Source of the DNA: Fonticula alba ATCC 38817
Taxonomy: Eukaryota; Protista; Nucleariida
NCBI GenBank assembly: GCA_000388065.2
Contig: KB932215.1
Reading direction: 5' to 3' (one strand)
DNA: 13,833 nucleotides
Under the pieces are notes generated by a model. It was given only the letters and a program-made list of their open reading frames with translations, was not told the DNA's origin and did not search any database. The translations under genes were made by a program, and so were the position numbers. Below are positions 9,381-13,833 of this stretch, in pieces; the stretch's first letter is position 1; every line of letters begins with the position of its first letter.

Positions 9381-10604
9381 CTGCGGGTGGGCGGAGGAAG
9401 GTGAGTCCGGCGTGGCGGGGGGCGGGCGGGGCGGCAGGAAGAAGGGCCCATGCGGGGCACGCGGCACGCACGCTTGGTCCACGCGGATGGCCAGGAGCAG
9501 GGACTGGGCAAAGAGCGCGTCGACTTGGCACTGCTGGAAGGGGTCGATGACGGTGATGGGCCCGGAGGCGGGCAGGTCGCCGCCGGCCGGCGGCATGCGC
9601 GGACGCAGGGAGCACTGGAAGCGCATGACCTCGGAGGCGGCGCGCAGCAGGCGCTTGGCCAGGGCGGCCACAATCCACCGGGGCCGGAACTCGACCGGGC
9701 GCTGCCCTGGCGAGGGGACCAGCCGATCGGGGAAGGCGCTGGCGGCGCTGTCGGCCCCGGCCGGGCCGAGGGTGGGGTCGACCCCGGCCGCGTCGGACGC
9801 CGGCTCGAAGATGTCCACGCGCTCGGAGAAGAGCCGGTCGATGGAGAGCATGCGGTCGCGGGTGAGGCCGAAGCCCCCGCGCGCGGCCTGGTGCAAGCTC
9901 GAGTGGGACCCGGTGCGGCGGTGGCCGAAGGGCCGGGCCCCGGGGCCGGTGGCCGCCGGTGCCCCCCCGCCGCCGGGCGCATTGCCGGCCGACTCGGCCA
10001 GCGACGAGAGCGAAGCCCCGGACCCGGAGCGCGGCATGCCGGCACCGCCCGGGCCGCCCGGGCCGCCGGGGCCGGACGACGAGGCGCCGAGGCCGGGCCC
10101 CGGGCCGCTGCCGGGGCCCGGCGCCCCGGCATCCGGCCCGGCGACCACCAGCTCGGCCACCAGGCCGAAGAGACGCAACCCGCCGAGGGCCCGCTGCCAG
10201 CAGGCGCTCGGCCCGTAGGGGGACTGGAATTGCAGCCGGGCCTGCTGGGCATCGGTCAGCGGCAGGCCCAGGACCAGTGGCCACTGGGCGGCCAGGGCCT
10301 CGGTCAGGCGCCCGGTCAGCAGCGACCCGCAGGCGTCGATGTACATCTGCACCAGCGAGCCGGCTTCATTTTGGAGCTCGCGCGACAGCACCGAGGCCAT
10401 GAGCCCGGCCGTGGGGTCCTCCTGGACCAGGCGCCCGGCGGAGGTGGGCGACACCGGGGCCCCGCCGGGCGCCTCCGCCGGCTGGAAGGACCGGGCCACG
10501 ATGGCCAGGCACCGGGCCACGGTGCCCTGTGAAAGGAGCGAGCAAATGCGCGCCAGGGCCAGCGGCAGGGCCGCGTGCGTGGCCTCGGTCAGGCTGTCCA
10601 GGTA

Positions 10605-10635
<31 letters not shown>

Positions 10636-13137
10636 GGGGCGGCCCCGGCGTCGGGGCCGGTGACGCCGCGCAGGAGCGGATGCCCGGGGCCCAGCTCGGC
10701 CAGGGGCCCGGCCAGCTTCTCCACCATCTTCAGCAGGGTGGCCGACGCGGTGGGGGGGCGCTCGATCAGGCGGTCGGCGAACCCCTGCGACCGCCGGCGC
10801 ACCTCCATGGCGATGAGTGGCCAGAAGGCCCGGGCCCGAGCCTGCACCGTCTCATTGAGGGTCTCCCCGTGGAGCCGGGTGAAGGCGCTGCCGCCGGCGA
10901 GGAAGACCTTCAGGTCGTCGACCACGCTGCCGAAGTACTCGGCCAGGATGTCGCGCAGGTTGCCGGCCGCCTCGCACAGGGAGTTGCCCACGAAGCCGAG
11001 CAGGGTCCCGGGGGCCAGGGCATTCGGGTCGCTGGAGTTGAGCCCGGCGCTGATGGCCGAGATGAGGGCATTCTGCGAGACGGACTGGAGCTGCTGCAGG
11101 GAGTCTGTGTGTTTTTGTTGTGCGCGCGTCGGCGTGCGCGTGCCCAGGGGGGCGGGGGCGGGGGGNNNNNNNNNNNNNNNNNNNNNNNNNNNNNNNNNNN
11201 NNNNNNNNNNNNNNNNNNNNNNNNNNNNNNNNNNNNNNNNNNNNNNNNNNNNNNNNNNNNNNNNNNNNNNNNNNNNNNNNNNNNNNNNNNNNNNNNNNNN
11301 NNNNNNNNNNNNNNNNNNNNNNNNNNNNNNNNNNNNNNNNNNNNNNNNNNNNNNNNNNNNNNNNNNNNNNNNNNNNNNNNNNNNNNNNNNNNNNNNNNNN
11401 NNNNNNNNNNNNNNNNNNNNNNNNNNNNNNNNNNNNNNNNNNNNNNNNNNNNNNNNNNNNNNNNNNNNNNNNNNNNNNNNNNNNNNNNNNNNNNNNNNNN
11501 NNNNNNNNNNNNNNNNNNNNNNNNNNNNNNNNNNNNNNNNNNNNNNNNNNNNNNNNNNNNNNNNNNNNNNNNNNNNNNNNNNNNNNNNNNNNNNNNNNNN
11601 NNNNNNNNNNNNNNNNNNNNNNNNNNNNNNNNNNNNNNNNNNNNNNNNNNNNNNNNNNNNNNNNNNNNNNNNNNNNNNNNNNNNNNNNNNNNNNNNNNNN
11701 NNNNNNNNNNNNNNNNNNNNNNNNNNNNNNNNNNNNNNNNNNNNNNNNNNNNNNNNNNNNNNNNNNNNNNNNNNNNNNNNNNNNNNNNNNNNNNNNNNNN
11801 NNNNNNNNNNNNNNNNNNNNNNNNNNNNNNNNNNNNNNNNNNNNNNNNNNNNNNNNNNNNNNNNNNNNNNNNNNNNNNNNNNNNNNTCCCATGTGCCACA
11901 AACCCACACACCCATCGGGGGGGGGGGGACAGCGCAGGGCAGGAGGCCATCGGGGACGCACCCTCCGGGCTGGCGGCCGCCGGCGTGTCGATGGAGGACT
12001 GGGAGCGGGACTTGCCGCGGCGAGCGTCGGCGCCCTTGCGCGAGGCGGCGGCCCCGGCGTCCGGCCGAGCATCCACCGCGCGGCCGGTGATGTCGGCAAA
12101 GATCTTCAGGAAGGCGGCCTCCTCGCTCTGGAGCAGCCACTTCCACAGCTGCTCGGTCACGCGCGCGGGGCTGGCGCCGGCGGCGCCGGCGGCGCCGGCC
12201 TTGGCCCCCGGGCCCGGGGGATGCTGGTCATCGGCCACCGGCGCCGCGCAAAGGGCCATCATCAGCTGCACATACTCGGCCTTCTGCTGCTGGGTCAGCT
12301 GCATCGGGCCGGAGGGGGCGGGGGCGGGGGCGGGGGCGGGGGCGGGAAGCACCACAAAGGGCGACCGAGCCATGGACGGGGCGGGGGGAGGGCGTCAGCG
12401 GGGCCGCGCGCGCGGAAGGAGCCAGCCGGCACGGGGCGGCGGGAGACAGGGGCCAGGCGGCCGAGGGCCCGGCAACGTACCTGGCCCTGGCGCATGCGAT
12501 GGCGCAGGCGCAGGATGAGCGACTGCATGATGGCGTCGCACTCGCTCTGCACACGCTGGAAGGAGGCGACGATGCGCTGGCGCGCCTGCTTGGAGGGGTC
12601 GGAGGCCGGGGCATCGGGCCGGTGGACCCGCCGGACCTGGGCCAGGATGGTGCACGCCTGGCAGTACTGGCGGAAGACCGAGGAGAAGGCGTCGCGCTCG
12701 AGGCTGCGGCGCAGGCGCTCCGGCAGGTCGAAGATCACCTGCAGGCTGGTCAGGGCATCGGAGACGGCCGTCAGCCGGCCGATCTTCTGCCGGGCGTCGC
12801 TCAGGGTGGCTGTCACCCGGGCGCCCTGGGCGGTGACATTCTCCACGCTGGACCGGAGCCGGACCAGGTCGTCATCCATCTGGGTGACATTATCGCGAAG
12901 CTGTGTGTCGGGGGGGATGGGAAGGAACAAAGACGAAGGGGAAGGGATCCCGGTAGAAAGGTCAGAGAGGGACACGCAACGGCCGGGAAGGCCAAGGGGC
13001 GATGGCCAGGCGCGGCGGCAGGGCGCAGGGAGCGCACAGTCTGAATGGTGTCGGTGGCGCTGACGAAGCGGCTGTAGTTCTCGTAAACCAGCGTCTTGAG
13101 GTCGGTATCGAGGGAACGCGACTCTGCGGGCAATGGC

Positions 13138-13178
<41 letters not shown>

Positions 13179-13578
13179 NNNNNNNNNNCGGGGCGCTGCC
13201 AGGGCGGGAGGGGGGGACATACGTCGGAAATGGAGGCCGAGCCGCCGGCGCCGGAGCTGGCCACCAGCATGAGAGTGGTGTCCAGGGCGCTGGAGTGCGA
13301 GGACCCGGCCTGGAGGATGAGGTGCTCCATCTCCTCGTAGAACTTGGTGGCCAGTCGGGTGCTGGCCAGGTGCAGGTCGTTCTCGGCCGACTGGCGCTGG
13401 GCCTGGGTCAGCCCGGTCCACGGCTTGACCAGGCTGCTGGCCGAGAAGTCCGGGCCGGTGGTCAGCTCGAGCAGGGGCTTCGGCGTGTCGTTGACAAAGA
13501 GCGCCTGGAACATGGTGATCAGCGACAGCAGCCGGGGGAGGACGGTTGCCGAGAGCCGGGTGGCGCGGTCGAACGCCT
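9257..13578 (-). CDS. VPS51: Vacuolar protein sorting-associated protein 51 (GARP/EARP complex subunit, Ang2/fat-free homolog), multi-exon, incomplete (N-terminal exon and part of the middle absent)
   Basis: Spliced translation matches recalled human VPS51 along its length: SLDTDLKTLVYENYSRFVSATDTI vs [35 protein letters not shown] vs LQFLFELPSRL; QKAEYVQLMMAL vs EQAECVELLLAL; SIDRLFSERVDIFEP vs NIQKLFSERIDVFSP; FQQCQVDALF vs LQQVQVDCHF; AHSRCPVAPRPLD vs [12 protein letters not shown]. Three complete introns have GT-AG ends with compatible phases. Confidence 0.93.
9472..11104 (-). CDS. VPS51: Vps51 large exon (about 544 aa, C-terminal half, with low-complexity insertions)
   Basis: Open frame with strong GC3 bias; probable acceptor ACACAG ending 11105 (an in-frame CAG a few codons downstream is an alternative); donor GC|GTGCGT at 9471, phase 2; contains LFSERVDIF, VEF and QQCQVD motifs. 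Confidence 0.88.
10605..10634 (-). repeat. Q10 tract within Vps51
   Basis: Ten CAG/CAA codons on the minus strand, in the Vps51 frame. Confidence 0.9.
11166..11886. other. Assembly gap (721 N) inside Vps51
   Basis: N run between two Vps51 exons, where the middle of the protein is missing. Confidence 1.
11962..12298 (-). CDS. VPS51: Vps51 exon (LTQQQKAEYVQLMMAL...PAAASPE)
   Basis: Acceptor ATGCAG ending 12299 after a 182-nt intron with CTGAC branch-like motif and (CCCCCG)5 tract; phase 0 start; probable donor G|GTGCGT at 11961, phase 1, followed by a C-run and TG-rich intron-like sequence running into the gap. Confidence 0.85.
12314..12346 (+). repeat. (GGGGGC)5 hexamer repeat in a Vps51 intron, just upstream of the acceptor on the sense strand
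   Basis: Five GGGGGC units at 12314-12343 plus GGG; satisfies the G-quadruplex pattern on the template strand. Confidence 0.9.
12481..12900 (-). CDS. VPS51: Vps51 exon (140 aa, LRDNVTQMDDDL...RHRMRQGQ)
   Basis: Acceptor ACACAG ending 12901, phase 0, after a 137-nt intron (13037-12901); donor CAG|GTACGT at 12480, phase 0; aligns to recalled human MKNDFRKMEDEM...QQLRQRF. Confidence 0.92.
13038..13123 (-). CDS. VPS51: Vps51 exon, N-terminal Vps51/Vps67 coiled-coil motif
   Basis: Acceptor CCCGCAG (CAG 13126-13124), phase 1; encodes (x)SRSLDTDLKTLVYENYSRFVSATDTIQT; donor GTGCGC at 13037, phase 0. Confidence 0.92.
13140..13178 (+). repeat. Poly-G run (39 nt) abutting the 10-N gap
   Basis: Directly visible; it is the C-tract upstream of the 13124 acceptor on the sense strand. 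Confidence 0.9.
13179..13188. other. Assembly gap (10 N, placeholder-sized join)
   Basis: N run separating the out-of-order exon block from the N-terminal Vps51 exon. Confidence 1.
13223..13578 (-). CDS. VPS51: Vps51 middle exon, positioned out of order (AFDRATRLSATVLPRLL...GSASISD)
   Basis: Acceptor ATGCAG (CAG 13581-13579), phase 1; donor GAC|GTATGT at 13222, phase 0. LLSLITMFQALF resembles LCQVAAAYQELF, AENDLHLASTRLATKFYEEMEHLILQ aligns without gaps to [26 protein letters not shown], and DTTLMLVA resembles DNSLLVRA of recalled human VPS51 (middle region). Confidence 0.75.
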
Positions 13579-13833
13579 CTGCATGCCGCGGCCGAGGGGG
13601 CGGGGCGCGGGCAAGGAGGGAGGGAGGGAGGAATTAGCGAGGAGAGGAGGGAGGAGCAAGGGGGGGGGGGGGGGAGGGGGGGGGGGAGGAGGCGAGACAA
13701 AAGGGAAAACAAAACAACAGGGTTAGCATGCGGCGATTGGCGAAAAGGGGCGGAGCCCTGGGCCCACCGCCCTCCGGCCGCGACACCCACACACACACAC
13801 GCACAACACAGACAAATACACAAAATAATATCC

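Noticed and set aside
8040-12146. 1368-aa minus-strand ORF as a single giant protein
   Set aside because: It reads through two N gaps and introns; only 11104-9472 is real Vps51 frame.
12962-13513. ATG 13513 as the Vps51 start, spliced from 13223 to 13123
   Set aside because: The frame is open upstream to an acceptor at 13579, the peptide matches the middle of Vps51, and the donor and acceptor phases (0 vs 1) disagree unless a weak GAG acceptor 2 nt downstream is used.
1-13833. CRISPR array, transposase/RT, rRNA, tRNA, telomeric repeat
   Set aside because: No regularly spaced repeat-spacer units, catalytic motifs, terminal inverted repeats, cloverleaf or rRNA signature, or TTAGGG-type array were seen in the sequenced bases; the N gaps cannot be assessed.

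Overview
Raw eukaryotic genomic scaffold: very GC-rich, with spliceosomal GT-AG introns, long G/C homopolymers, TG/CA and GTGC microsatellites, and five N gaps totalling 2702 nt (about 20% of the window). No prokaryotic, CRISPR, rRNA, tRNA or transposase signal is visible. The style is reminiscent of a GC-rich unicellular opisthokont draft such as Fonticula, but I cannot verify that. Best-supported content: (1) a multi-exon minus-strand gene for the GARP/EARP tethering subunit Vps51 (9257-13578), five exons in normal order plus one middle exon placed upstream of the N-terminal exon across a 10-N join, most likely a scaffolding error; (2) a plus-strand 267-aa polyQ/polyA orphan CDS (5112-5915), probably preceded by an intron ending right at the ATG; (3) the terminal exon of an unidentified minus-strand gene (6738-6982) whose remainder is in a gap. 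Bases 1-4700 have no recognisable protein but carry plus-strand splice signals, a shared ~37-bp intron-start repeat and a 74-G tract. Homology calls rest on my recollection of human VPS51, not on a search. I found no convincing novel biological system.
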